Assembly: GCA_963976765.1 (NCBI GenBank)
Contig: CAXBME010000002.1
Coordinates: 186,001-250,000 of the forward strand
Source: an uncultured Planctomycetaceae bacterium
GTDB taxonomy: Bacteria; Planctomycetota; Planctomycetia; Planctomycetales; Planctomycetaceae
Length of the DNA: 64,000 nucleotides
Reading direction: 5' to 3'
Positions 27,821 to 38,486 of the stretch are shown piece by piece. Within the stretch, counting starts at the first letter, position 1. Every line of letters starts with the position of its first letter. The translations under genes and the position numbers were made by a program. The notes below the pieces were generated by a model. It saw only the letters and a list, made by a program, of their open reading frames with translations. It did not search any database and was not told the origin of the DNA.

Positions 27821-30800
27821 TTACGGGATGTAGGCAAACTCGTTGAGGTTCAGCAGGGCGTGGCAGTACTGAGTCAGGGATTCGACAGGACCGATGCTGG
27901 CAGTCGGCGTTGCGAGAAAATCGATCGATCGACTCAGTTCTTCATCATCAGGTGATCGACCAAGGATGAGCAGGAAGGCCCGTTCAATCTGGTCGGCAGC
28001 GATTTTTGCCGGGGCGTTGCCTGGCTTCTCGTCAGCAGAACCGCTCAACAGTCTCGCAGCAATCTTCCGAGCACGAGCGTGCACGAAGCCGCTATTCAGC
28101 AGAAACAGCGGCTGCAGTGGAACCGTTGAAACTCGCCGAGTGCTGCAACTCGTCAGGGCAGAGGGGCCATCGAATAAGTCCTGCATGTGAGGCATGACGT
28201 TGCGTTTCTGAAACTGATAAACACTCCGACGGAATGACGCAGCTCTGACTGAATCCCGGACGCCTGGCCCGCCGAATTCCAGGGAGAGTTCGCCGGACGA
28301 AGCGAGCATGCGATCTCGCAGCGTCTCCGCTTCCAGTCGACGAGGCACCCACCGCCAGAACAATCGATTGTCGGGATCAACGACTGCATTGTTCTCGTCG
28401 AAAGTTGACGACAGCCGGTACGTGCTTGAGTTCAGAATCAACCGGTGAATGTGTTTTGTGCTCCAGCCACTCTCCATAAGTTCAACCGCCAGCCAGTCAA
28501 GCAGTTCGTGAAGTTCAGGCTGTGGAGTTGTCAGACCGAAGTTGCCAGCCTCTTCAACAAGCCCCTGTCCGAAATGCCCCTGCCAGATTCGATTGACCCA
28601 GACTCGAGCTGTCAGTGGGTTGTCCCGAGAAATCATCCAGCGAGCCAGTTCAGTTCGAGGCTTCGCAGAATCGGCTACGCTGGCCGGAACGTTTCCAAAC
28701 ACGGCGGGCCAGCCGGGAGACACGACGGGCCCCGGACTTCCGGCGTCTCCGCGAACAAAAAGTCTCTGCTGATGTGCTGCCAGACCTGCTGGCTCGTACG
28801 GAAGTGGCCAGCGCAAAGCCAACGGCGGGACAGCAAGCTCCGCCGAAGCATTAACCGGCGAGTAAAACGCCCACGCCTGTGGCATCTCTGCCAGCTGTTG
28901 TCCGATCTCGTCATAACGTTGTCGCTCCGGTGGCCGCATTCCTTTCACGACGGTTGTCGGAAGAATGAAGATGTCACCTTCAGGACGATTTCGCCGCATC
29001 GCAGCGAACAATCGATCATGGGTTAAATTGAAAATCGTCTGACGCTCTTTGCACAACGCGATCTGTCGCGCGGCGTCTGGCCGGATCTCGAAAACTGCGT
29101 TTGAATCGGTCGCCTCCTGATCCGACTCGTCGATGCGGGATTCTACTCCACCAGGAAGCACGACGTTGACCGGCTGCCCTTTCGCAAAGAAGGCCTGAAA
29201 CCGGTAGTAGTCTCTGGCCGAAATCGGATCGAACTTATGGTTGTGACACTGGCAACATTCGAACGTCAGCCCCAGCATCGCGTTTCCCGTCGCGTTGACC
29301 ACGTCGACGAGAATGTCATAACGCTGCAGCGTCTTATTTTTTTCGTTGCCGCTGTACTGAGCTGCCGCAAGGAACCCCGTCGCGATGATGTGTTCATCGG
29401 TCAGCGGCTCCAGCTCATCGCCGGCAAGCTGCTCGGTGACAAACTGATCGAAAGGCTTGTCGGCATTGAAGCTGTCGATAACGTAGTCTCGATATCGCCA
29501 GGCGTGGTCACGTTCCCGGTTATGCTGATACCCGTTACTCTCGGCCCAGCGGGCAACGTCCAGCCAATGGCGTCCCCAACGCTCGCCATACTGCGGCAGG
29601 TCAAGAAGTCGATCGACGTGTCTGGCCCATTCGTCGTTTGATTTTTCCGTATGAACAGCAGAAGCCGCTGGTTCCTGGTTCTGTTGAATTGCCGAGTCTG
29701 TCAGCTCGACAAATCCCGCAGGGAGTCCGAGCAGGTCGAGTGCTACTCGTCGATTCAACGTCGACCGATCAGCAACTGCCACCGCGCAAATGCCTCGCTC
29801 GACATGGGCTGCCGCGATGAATGAATCAACCGGCGTCTGGATTGGAAAACCGTCGCGTTTGATCGCCGGCACGCTCGGCCTTTCGACGCGTTGAAAGGCC
29901 CAGTGGTCAGAGGTTGTCGACGCCGGAGGCAGCAGATCGTCGTCCCATGCGAGACCTTCCTGGATCCACGTTTGGATAAGCGCAACCTCTTTGTCGCTCA
30001 GTCGTTCGCCCTTTCCTTCTGGCGGCATCAGGTAAGCAGAATCTGATTCTGCGGAAACAGCTTTCACGAGTCGGCCGCCTGCTGAATCGCCTGGCTGGGC
30101 AAGCGGTTCTCCGTTGGTTTCGCCCAGAATTTCCTCGAGTAAGTCCAGTCGGTAACCAGCTGTCGGGTTCAGACCTCGATGACACTGGAAACAGCTCCGT
30201 TCAAGAATCGGGAAGATGTCGCGTCGAAAACTGACGGTCGGCTGTTTGAGCATCTCGCGTCTGGGACGCAGTTCGACTGGAATTTCAGCCGCTTCATTCA
30301 GCAGTTTTTCAGCGACTCGTTCGGGCTTTGGAAAAGTGACACTGTTCCGTGGCAAAGAGAACAAGCCTTCCCAGCTATCCGCGACGACTAAGTCGTCAAC
30401 GATGATTCGATCGGCTGTCTCCGTCTTTCGACCGGTTGAAAAACCGAGCCAGTTGACGACCTTTACTCGACCTGGGCTGAACGTCGCGGCATGAGGCAGT
30501 GTCGGTTCGGCAGGGCTGGGGTTCACCCAGAGTTCGATCTGGTCAAAAGCTCCCTGCTTCTTGCCGGATGATTTGGCGACTCTGGCGGCAACCAGAAACG
30601 TTCGGTCGCCAGTCAGCTCGACCGGAGCAAAGGAACTGCTGTCCGAACCGAATCTCACCATAAAGGCGTTGCGATTCTGGCTATCGACATGCAGTCCGAT
30701 ATTTGGCACGCCGGAGCTGTGAGTCGCCGAGTCCCCGCCGTCGACTGAATCAAGCCAGAGCACGAAGAATTCGCCGTCCGACTGCGGCACTTTGTCGATC

Positions 30801-31267
30801 GACAGTTCGTCGTAGCTGATCAGGAATCGAACAAACAGCTCTGCTCCATCGAATGGTTTGCTGAGTTGCCGCCGCAGCGGATTATTCCGGTCCTTCGTTC
30901 CACAGATCTCTGCGCCGAAGTCCGTCAGTTCAGCAGGACTCGTTCGTTTCCGAATGGCTGGAGCGGTTCTGGACAAAACCCAGTCTCCACTCCAGCCTGT
31001 CTCGTTCGACCCGGTTTCCGACAAGTCTTCAACAAACGATTCCACCGCGATTGGAAGTGCAACCTGTGATTCGGGTCTGGCCGATTGTCCGCGAGCGTCG
31101 TGCCGACAAAATGCGATCGCGATCAGAAGAACGAACATTGCAACTGGAAACCGACCCTGGCAAGGAGCCTGCGCGACCGACGCAGACGCCAACCTTAACT
31201 GCCGCGATGGCAGAATTCGAAATTCTGATCGCTTTGTCATCACTGAGTCCGTTACCGCGTGAGCCAT
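27821..31267 (-). CDS. Planctomycete cytochrome c / DUF1549 / DUF1553 protein with extra N-terminal beta domain
   Basis: CFQCH and CCQCH heme motifs, HWAF, YGERWGRHWLDVARWAES, NPLTARVWVNRIW, RRLEAE, PLQ.LFLLNS, LLNLNEF. Confidence 0.92.
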   Translation of the reverse strand: MAHAVTDSVMTKRSEFRILPSRQLRLASASVAQAPCQGRFPVAMFVLLIAIAFCRHDARGQSARPESQVALPIAVESFVEDLSETGSNETGWSGDWVLSRTAPAIRKRTSPAELTDFGAEICGTKDRNNPLRRQLSKPFDGAELFVRFLISYDELSIDKVPQSDGEFFVLWLDSVDGGDSATHSSGVPNIGLHVDSQNRNAFMVRFGSDSSSFAPVELTGDRTFLVAARVAKSSGKKQGAFDQIELWVNPSPAEPTLPHAATFSPGRVKVVNWLGFSTGRKTETADRIIVDDLVVADSWEGLFSLPRNSVTFPKPERVAEKLLNEAAEIPVELRPRREMLKQPTVSFRRDIFPILERSCFQCHRGLNPTAGYRLDLLEEILGETNGEPLAQPGDSAGGRLVKAVSAESDSAYLMPPEGKGERLSDKEVALIQTWIQEGLAWDDDLLPPASTTSDHWAFQRVERPSVPAIKRDGFPIQTPVDSFIAAAHVERGICAVAVADRSTLNRRVALDLLGLPAGFVELTDSAIQQNQEPAASAVHTEKSNDEWARHVDRLLDLPQYGERWGRHWLDVARWAESNGYQHNRERDHAWRYRDYVIDSFNADKPFDQFVTEQLAGDELEPLTDEHIIATGFLAAAQYSGNEKNKTLQRYDILVDVVNATGNAMLGLTFECCQCHNHKFDPISARDYYRFQAFFAKGQPVNVVLPGGVESRIDESDQEATDSNAVFEIRPDAARQIALCKERQTIFNLTHDRLFAAMRRNRPEGDIFILPTTVVKGMRPPERQRYDEIGQQLAEMPQAWAFYSPVNASAELAVPPLALRWPLPYEPAGLAAHQQRLFVRGDAGSPGPVVSPGWPAVFGNVPASVADSAKPRTELARWMISRDNPLTARVWVNRIWQGHFGQGLVEEAGNFGLTTPQPELHELLDWLAVELMESGWSTKHIHRLILNSSTYRLSSTFDENNAVVDPDNRLFWRWVPRRLEAETLRDRMLASSGELSLEFGGPGVRDSVRAASFRRSVYQFQKRNVMPHMQDLFDGPSALTSCSTRRVSTVPLQPLFLLNSGFVHARARKIAARLLSGSADEKPGNAPAKIAADQIERAFLLILGRSPDDEELSRSIDFLATPTASIGPVESLTQYCHALLNLNEFAYIP

Positions 31268-31375
31268 TCAAACAATAGAAGCCTTCCAACAATTGTCGGT
31301 CGGCTTCGGTAAAAGTCAAAGACCACACACCACTATTATTGATGCCTGCCTCTGGTTGTGCTTCACCGAGTGGAA

Positions 31376-32758
31376 TTATTGGAAGCGGAGCGAGTACACA
31401 TCGGCGTTCCGAACGTTGAATCGCAGCCGAATCCTGCCCTTGCTCAGGTCAGGCTCCTGTTTCCAGCTAACAGGAGCGTCGACAGCATCACCTTCCAGTG
31501 GAAGCGATTGACCAACCACCTTGCCCGAGTCATCCAACGCATCAATCGTCAATCGACCATTCAGATTGACGACATAGTTCAGCAGCAGATGCTGACCGGT
31601 AAAACGAAGCGATTTCGTTGTTGCCTGTCCGCCATCTGCACCGCCTCTCAATGCGACAAAGCCATCCGTTCGGTACACGAATCGGCGAACGCGACCAGGC
31701 GTTTTTTCGTAATAGTTCTCGGTCCCGTAGACCGAGATCTCATTTGGCTGACCGGGCAACTGAAACATTCCCCAGACCATGTAGTTGCTGCGGTTGTGGT
31801 TCCGATCTTTGGGAGCCGTGCGTGGAATAACCGCGTCAGGGTATCGATGAAACAATTCACCATCGCGGCTGGTCATCAGGATCGGCTCGACCTGCTGACT
31901 CTTTGGTTCGTAACGCGTGGGAAATCCGATGAAGAGATGCGGTGCGCGGAAATACTTTTGAATCGCGTTCGTATAGAGATGCTCTGTCGGCGTTCCCTTG
32001 GGGTATGTAAGGTCGGCTTCGTTTTCCCAGTGAATGAAGTCTTTGGATGTCGCCGTGCGGATGGCTCGAACTCGGTTGCCGAAGTACCGCCAGTAGGCTC
32101 GATACTCGTTTCGGTCGGTGTCCCAGAAGGCGAGGTTCTGCGAGTCGAAAGCCCCGTTGGTGATCACCGGTTTGTCCTGAGTCAGCTTCCAGTGCGTGCA
32201 GTCGGGAGACTCGAACGGTACCAGCCCGCCTCCGAAACTGCCGACGCCACCAAATGCCTTGTAACGCGACTCCGGTGAAGCCTTCGGATTCTGATCGCGG
32301 AACGCGGTGAAGTTGTGCGTGCCGGGCCCCAGCCAGACAATGTTGTTGTCTCTCGAACCGTTCCACTCAAACAACCCGAGCTTTGGCTTCGTCCAATGAA
32401 TGCCGTCTTTGCTCTCAGCGTAGCACGTGACTTCCTTGTGAGCGGCCTTCATCGCCGCGTCGTGCTGCCACCCTCGATAGATCATGCGATACAGGTCGCC
32501 GTCCCGAAACACCGTGTAGTAGCCGCTGGTGTTTCCTTCCCACGGTTCACCCGTTTCGAGGACCACTTCTTTCGGCTCGGGAAGCATCATTTGCCTGCGG
32601 ACGTCGCCTGTAGTTTCGCTGATGAGATGGTCGTCTACAAACAGCTCCAGTCGACTGCCAATGTCAATGGGTTCTGCACTGAATGCAAACCGGCCGGTTG
32701 ACAGCAGAACCAGCAAGACAGAGAGGCGTTTCGTCGTCCGGTAACGGCATCGGTACAT
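31376..32758 (-). CDS. Secreted beta-propeller glycoside-hydrolase-like protein
   Basis: Signal peptide, IGSRLELFVDD, YAESKDGIHW.KP.LG, repeated S.DG..W blades, FDSQN. Confidence 0.7.
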   Translation of the reverse strand: MYRCRYRTTKRLSVLLVLLSTGRFAFSAEPIDIGSRLELFVDDHLISETTGDVRRQMMLPEPKEVVLETGEPWEGNTSGYYTVFRDGDLYRMIYRGWQHDAAMKAAHKEVTCYAESKDGIHWTKPKLGLFEWNGSRDNNIVWLGPGTHNFTAFRDQNPKASPESRYKAFGGVGSFGGGLVPFESPDCTHWKLTQDKPVITNGAFDSQNLAFWDTDRNEYRAYWRYFGNRVRAIRTATSKDFIHWENEADLTYPKGTPTEHLYTNAIQKYFRAPHLFIGFPTRYEPKSQQVEPILMTSRDGELFHRYPDAVIPRTAPKDRNHNRSNYMVWGMFQLPGQPNEISVYGTENYYEKTPGRVRRFVYRTDGFVALRGGADGGQATTKSLRFTGQHLLLNYVVNLNGRLTIDALDDSGKVVGQSLPLEGDAVDAPVSWKQEPDLSKGRIRLRFNVRNADVYSLRFQ

Positions 32759-33201
32759 GAGGAACTCCTTTGTAACTTTCAGAGGCCGGTCGCTTTTAAC
32801 GATCGTGTGACGTTGTCATGGTCAATGTGTCGACTCGACCAATGATCAAACAGGGACACTGACCATTCTGGCTGTACCGATCACAAAGCGAAAGAAAGTC
32901 ACCACTGCATCGAGAAACCGTCTCTCAGTCGGACAAGCGATTTCGGCCAGAGATTCCGACAAGCGCTTTCCGTCAGATCGGACCTGGATTGACACAATCC
33001 GAAATGGGACACCGGCCTTGCCTGGCCCGAACTTCGTCGGGTGGAGCCTGACCTGTCCAAAATTGCTGAGCGCACATCCGACATGGCGTTGTGCAGCTTC
33101 TCGGTTCCAGGCAGGCAGAAGCGGGGAGTACCATATTGATGACTCGAATTTCCAGTCGACTTCTTTAAGTCTTTCCTTTTCAACCGTTCGGAGAACTGCA
33201 C

Positions 33202-35526
33202 GTGCCAGCCGAATCAAGAGGTTCTGGTGCGAATCGGCAAGCTGGTTGGCTGAGACGCAGCCAACGGTTCGAGGCGTGCGAGACCGCTTATCGCGTCACC
33301 CTGAGTATTGCGATCGTTGTGGCGGGGCTGTTGACGGTCTCGCGTTGCGAGGCCGCGTCTTCATCCTCAGGACATCGCCACGTGTCGCAGGTTTCGCCAG
33401 CTTTTGTGCCGGTGGCTGCCGGGCTTCTCGACCATTTCCTACGACTTCCCTGGATGATCAGCGAGAAAGTCAGCCAGCTTGACGATGATTGCGATTTCTA
33501 CGATCAGCGGTTGCAGTTTTTTCCACCGTACTCGACACAGTCTAAAATCCACGCCGGTTACCACAGCCCATTTGTCGTGACCAATAAGGTCCAATGGGTT
33601 CAGGTCGACCTGGGACGCGAGTTTCAGGTTTCCAACATCGTACTTGTCCCGGCGGCGGTACAACTGGAGAACGAGATTGTCGAAGGGTACGGATTTCCGA
33701 TCCGGTTTCGCGTTCAGATTTCCAACGACCCGGATTTCAAAGATTCGGATCTGGTTGCCGACCACTCCAGTAGCGACTACGTCAACCCTGGTCGCTACCC
33801 CGTTCAGTTTCCGGCCTTGAACCTTTCCGGGCGGTACGTTCGAGTCACTGTCACCCGTCATTCCAGATCCAGTGGTCGAGCGTTCTTTGCGCTGGGAGAA
33901 CTGATCGTCCTGTCTGGGAACCGAAATGTGGCCGCGTGGCGTCCCGTTCAGTCGACCGGTTCAGTCGAGGTCGAAACTCGGTGGTCCCGCGAATATCTCG
34001 TGGACGAAGTCTCGATTCTGCCGTTGCCGATGGGGAATTCCGGAAGAAATTATTCGAACAAACGCTACGGATATCTGTCCAAACCTTCGACGAAACAGAA
34101 GACGTCACAGTGGGTCCAGCTTGATCTCGGAAAGGAAGTCCTGATCGACGAAATCCGCTTGGTCCCGGCTCGACCTCCTGACCAGGCAGACATTCCGGGA
34201 TGGGGTTTCCCCTTGAGTTTTCGAGTCGAAGTTTCTCTCGACCCGGACATGAAGGATGCCGTGCCTTACTGCGACTTTTCGAATTTCGAAATTCAGCATT
34301 GGACCGACAGGCCACTGGTTCTACCCGCGGAAACTCGCGAAATGTTCTCCAACCCGGCTGCCGGTCAACGATGGAATCCAAGCCCGAAGAATTTTCCTTC
34401 TGAACCGGTTACTGCCCGGTATGTTCGATTAACCGCCACCGCGCTTGACTCGCGCATCACCCCTTACCGCTTTGCGCTGGCAGAAATCCTGGTCTATTCC
34501 GGTGACGTGAACGTCGCTCTTGATACGGTGGTCACAGCTTCCGATCCTGCCGAACAAACCCTTCCGAAAAATCACGATCAGCGCGAGGAACAAAGCTGGG
34601 CTCCCGAGTGGCTGGTTGACGAATTCACAAGCCGAAGTCCGTTGCAGGAATACCCCGTATGGCTCGAAAAAGTGGAAGATCGACGTGACATTGAGATAGC
34701 CTTGCTCGAACTGACAGCGGCACTTGACGCAGAAGTCGCTCGCGTCTGGTTTCAAATTGGAAGCGTCACCGCGGCAATCGTTTTTGCCAGCATCGGAATG
34801 CTCGCCTGGGTGAACTGGAGGCAGGGTTCGCAACTAACAATCCAGACAGAACAATTGCGAAGTCAGATCGCCAGCGACCTGCACGACGACATTGGCAGCA
34901 ACCTCGGGATGATCGCTTTGCTCTGCCAGACGATGAATCATCGAGAAGGCATTCCTGGGGAGCTGAAGCCCGATCTGGAAGAAATGCGTGAGGTCGCGTT
35001 GGAAACCAGCGATGCCATGCGCGACATTCTCTGGCTGCTCCGCACACCAACGTCGAAACTCGAAGACTTCATTGGGCGATTGCGAATAACTGCAAACCGA
35101 CTGCTGTCGCACAATGAAATCGTCTTTGTTTGCCCGGAACAGTTGCCCGACACTTCGATCGTGCTCAGTTGGCGGCGCAATGTTTTTCTCTCGTTCAAAG
35201 AATCGTTACACAACGCCGCTCGTCACAGCAACGCGACGTCCGTCACAGTGACGATCGACATTGACAGCGATCGTCTCAGAATCACGATTACCGACAACGG
35301 AGTTGGATTTGATTTTGAGAATCGCCGGGACGGCTTCGGCGTGGGGAACATCATTCGCAGAATGGACCAACTGGGAGGTTCTGCTGAGTTCAAGTCTGCT
35401 CCCGGCGAGGGAACACGTGTCACGCTGGATGCTCCGTTCCACCAGTTGCATTATATTCGGCGGCAGTGGCGGCGAATTCTTGCTGCCCGTCAGAAGCTTC
35501 GCTTCCTGAGTTCATCCAATCACTGA
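33202..35526 (+). CDS. Sensor histidine kinase (HisKA_3 type) with tandem discoidin/F5-8-like sensor domains
   Basis: Two WVQ.DLG...GFP..FRV..S...RYVR.T repeats, a TM helix, IASDLHDDIGSNL H-box, KESLHNAARHS, DNGVGF, GFGVGNI. The start is uncertain. Confidence 0.9.
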   Translation: MPAESRGSGANRQAGWLRRSQRFEACETAYRVTLSIAIVVAGLLTVSRCEAASSSSGHRHVSQVSPAFVPVAAGLLDHFLRLPWMISEKVSQLDDDCDFYDQRLQFFPPYSTQSKIHAGYHSPFVVTNKVQWVQVDLGREFQVSNIVLVPAAVQLENEIVEGYGFPIRFRVQISNDPDFKDSDLVADHSSSDYVNPGRYPVQFPALNLSGRYVRVTVTRHSRSSGRAFFALGELIVLSGNRNVAAWRPVQSTGSVEVETRWSREYLVDEVSILPLPMGNSGRNYSNKRYGYLSKPSTKQKTSQWVQLDLGKEVLIDEIRLVPARPPDQADIPGWGFPLSFRVEVSLDPDMKDAVPYCDFSNFEIQHWTDRPLVLPAETREMFSNPAAGQRWNPSPKNFPSEPVTARYVRLTATALDSRITPYRFALAEILVYSGDVNVALDTVVTASDPAEQTLPKNHDQREEQSWAPEWLVDEFTSRSPLQEYPVWLEKVEDRRDIEIALLELTAALDAEVARVWFQIGSVTAAIVFASIGMLAWVNWRQGSQLTIQTEQLRSQIASDLHDDIGSNLGMIALLCQTMNHREGIPGELKPDLEEMREVALETSDAMRDILWLLRTPTSKLEDFIGRLRITANRLLSHNEIVFVCPEQLPDTSIVLSWRRNVFLSFKESLHNAARHSNATSVTVTIDIDSDRLRITITDNGVGFDFENRRDGFGVGNIIRRMDQLGGSAEFKSAPGEGTRVTLDAPFHQLHYIRRQWRRILAARQKLRFLSSSNH

Positions 35527-35555
35527 AATCAATCAGAAACCGGAGCCGATCGGAA

Positions 35556-36221
35556 ATGCCTGATTCCCCCGCCGACTCAGAAGACAGAATAACGAACGTC
35601 TGGCTTTGTGAAGACAACGAGCGGTTTCGCCGTACGCTTTGCTCGGCAATCAATCAAATCGAAAATCTAAACTGCGAACAGTCGCTTGGTTCCGTCGAAG
35701 ATACATTGAACCGAATCGCCGAGTCCGGTCCGCCGGATGTGCTGCTGCTGGATATTGGCCTGCCAGGCATGGACGGTATTTCGGCTCTGCCTTCGCTGCG
35801 ATCCGCCGCGCCGGGCACACGGATTGTGATCCTCACCGTCTTCGACGATCACGACAAAGTCTTCCGCGCTGTCTGCGCCGGTGCAGACGGTTATCTGCTC
35901 AAGACGTCAACGGTTGAGCGAATCGGAGAAGCGATCCGCGAAGTGGCCAGCGGTGGCGCATCGATGAATCCCGAGATCGCTCGAAAAGTTCTGGATGTTT
36001 TCGCCGGCAAGCGGGAAACACACAATGGCCCGGCACTGACCGACCGCGAAACGGAAGTTCTGCGACTTGTCGTTAAAGGTATGACCAAAAAAGAAGTCGC
36101 GACGGAACTGGACCTGAGCCGTCACACCGTCGACTCTCACCTTCGCAATATCTACCAGAAACTGCATGTCAACAACCGGGCCGGAGCCGTCGCTGCGGCG
36201 CTTCGAGAAGGTCTCGTGTAA
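35556..36221 (+). CDS. NarL/LuxR-family response regulator
   Basis: EDN...LLLDIGLPGMDG...GADGYLLK receiver plus LTDRETEVL...TVDSH.RNIYQKLHV HTH. Confidence 0.95.
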   Translation: MPDSPADSEDRITNVWLCEDNERFRRTLCSAINQIENLNCEQSLGSVEDTLNRIAESGPPDVLLLDIGLPGMDGISALPSLRSAAPGTRIVILTVFDDHDKVFRAVCAGADGYLLKTSTVERIGEAIREVASGGASMNPEIARKVLDVFAGKRETHNGPALTDRETEVLRLVVKGMTKKEVATELDLSRHTVDSHLRNIYQKLHVNNRAGAVAAALREGLV

Positions 36222-36308
36222 CGGCGAAGCAAGTCCCTCGTGACGATGACGTGGGGCGTCGAGAGCCGAATCGTTTGCGAGTTTTCCGCCGAGTGCGACA
36301 AGCGACTT

Positions 36309-38165
36309 TTAACCGTTGGCTGCAATCGTCGAAGCAGCGTCCGCGGTAGAGTCAGGAGTTTCGCAGTCGCCGGTCCCATCATAATTTTCAATGCACGCCA
36401 GGAACGCTTCGCCGTAATCGGCCAGCTTCTTGTCGCCGACTCCGTGGACAGCCCGCATCTCGGCAAGCGTCGTCGGTTTTCGGGCCGCGAGCTGTCTCAG
36501 AGTTTCATCCGCGAAGACGATGTAGGCAGGAACTCCGGCCTGGGCCGCCAGATCGTGCCGCAGATTCCGCAATTCGTCGAACAGTTCGCGATCGACACCT
36601 TCCCAGCTCGTTTTCTGCCGAGTGACCTGTTTGCTGAGTCGCGTTTGCGAGTCGCCGCTTTTGAGCAACGTCGGTGTCACTTCGCCTCGAAGCAGCTCCC
36701 CTCCTCGCTCTCCGATTGCCAGAACGCTGTACTCGCCTTCTCGAATGAGAAAATCCTGCGACACCAGCTGCTCAATCCAGTCACGAATTGACGGCACGGG
36801 CTGGTCTTCCAGAAGCCCGTAAGTGGTCAGGCGATCGTGACCGTTGCTGCGAATTCGCTTGTCTCGCGAACCTTTCAGAACCATCGCCGTGTATTCACCA
36901 CCGTATCGCTGCCCTTGTCGGACGACGCTGGACAGGATCTTCTGGCCGATGACCAGTGCATCATCGACAACGTTCAATTCTCCGGTGCAGACGTCACACG
37001 CGCCGCACGAATCCTGCTCGAACTTCTGTCCGAAATATTCAACAAGACTCTTGTGCCGACACCGAACTCCGGTGCAGTAATTCACCATCGCGCGCAGCGT
37101 GGCGAGTGAATTTCCGCGGTTCTTTGCGGCACCTTCCTCGATGTTCGCTTTCCATCGAGCGTAGTCGCCCATCGAGTAAAACAGGACGCAGTCTGCATCC
37201 AGACTGTCTCGACCAGCTCGACCGCTTTCCTGTTGATAGTTTTCCAGGGATTTCGGCATGCCACAGTGAATAACGTACCGCACGTTCGATTTGTCGATAC
37301 CCATTCCAAACGCCACCGTTGCCACAATCGTGTCACACGACTCCCGAATGAACGCTTCCTGATTTCGGCTTCTTTCTTCGGCGTCCATCCCGGCGTGGTA
37401 AGGCAACGTGCGAAAACCCTGGCCGTTGAGAAGTTCTGATAATTCATCAACAGCCTTCCGGCTTGTGCAGTAGATAATGCCTGATTCTCTTTTGTGCCGG
37501 CGCAGGACTTCGCGAACCTGGGCCATCCGGTCGTCCATCCGCTCGGCCCGGTAAAACAGGTTCGGGCGATCGAACGAACCAACAATCATTTTCGACTTCT
37601 TAAGGCCAAGCTGTTTGATAATGTCCGCTCGAACCTGCTCGGTCGCCGTCGCCGTGTAGGCATGCAAAGCGACTCCCGGAAAATGCTTTCGCAACATCTT
37701 CAGCGACCGATACTCGGGGCGGAAATCGTGACCCCACTCGCTGATACAGTGCGCCTCGTCGATGGCGAAAAACGAGACGTTGGCCGTCTTTAGAAATTCG
37801 ATCGTGCGAGCCTGGACGAGCCTCTCCGGCGCGATGTACAGGAGCCGGAGCGTTCCTTCGCGGACCGCTTCGGCCACTCGACGATGTTCATCATTCGTCT
37901 GAGAACTGTTGATAAACGCCGCAGAAATCCCAGACGTGCGGAGACTGTCAACCTGGTCCTTCATCAACGAAATCAGTGGCGAAATTACAATGGCCAGCCC
38001 GGCCCGGCAGACTGCGGGAGCCTGATAACAAAGCGATTTCCCACCGCCGGTCGGGAGAACGACCACCGAATCCTGGTCGTTCTGAACACAGGTCATGGCG
38101 TCCTGCTGATTCGGACGAAACTGCTTGTAGCCCCAGTGCTTGTTGAGTGCATCCAGCAGCTCCAT
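36309..38165 (-). CDS. recQ: DNA helicase RecQ
   Basis: PTGGGKSLCYQ, DEAHCISEWGHDFRP, ATVAFGMGIDK, QESGRAGRD, Zn/RQC and HRDC domains. Confidence 0.96.
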   Translation of the reverse strand: MELLDALNKHWGYKQFRPNQQDAMTCVQNDQDSVVVLPTGGGKSLCYQAPAVCRAGLAIVISPLISLMKDQVDSLRTSGISAAFINSSQTNDEHRRVAEAVREGTLRLLYIAPERLVQARTIEFLKTANVSFFAIDEAHCISEWGHDFRPEYRSLKMLRKHFPGVALHAYTATATEQVRADIIKQLGLKKSKMIVGSFDRPNLFYRAERMDDRMAQVREVLRRHKRESGIIYCTSRKAVDELSELLNGQGFRTLPYHAGMDAEERSRNQEAFIRESCDTIVATVAFGMGIDKSNVRYVIHCGMPKSLENYQQESGRAGRDSLDADCVLFYSMGDYARWKANIEEGAAKNRGNSLATLRAMVNYCTGVRCRHKSLVEYFGQKFEQDSCGACDVCTGELNVVDDALVIGQKILSSVVRQGQRYGGEYTAMVLKGSRDKRIRSNGHDRLTTYGLLEDQPVPSIRDWIEQLVSQDFLIREGEYSVLAIGERGGELLRGEVTPTLLKSGDSQTRLSKQVTRQKTSWEGVDRELFDELRNLRHDLAAQAGVPAYIVFADETLRQLAARKPTTLAEMRAVHGVGDKKLADYGEAFLACIENYDGTGDCETPDSTADAASTIAANG

Positions 38166-38486
38166 GACACAATTCCTGTGGATTTTCAGGGACGCCACGT
38201 TGCAGCAACATCCAGGCTTCTGATTGGCTTTGATCGGTCCGCGACCGGTCACGACCGACGCAGGCCGGGATTGTCGCAACGCCGCTGCGACTTCGCTATC
38301 GTGTCGTCAATCCCGGTCAGGCTGGCGACCTGCCTTCACCCGGGACCGCCTGCTTCAATGAATCATTCGATGAAAAGACTGCGGGCCACTTTTCTGAACG
38401 AACACTCGCGATTCTTCGCGGGTTCGTCAGCAGAGTCTTTTATAAGATCAGATACTCATGCAACTACCGATTCTTCAGGAAACAGC

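Noticed and set aside
37884..38486. N-terminal extension of the 599-aa phosphatase ORF
   Set aside because: Overlaps recQ antisense; the plausible start is ATG 38487 with an AGGA RBS.
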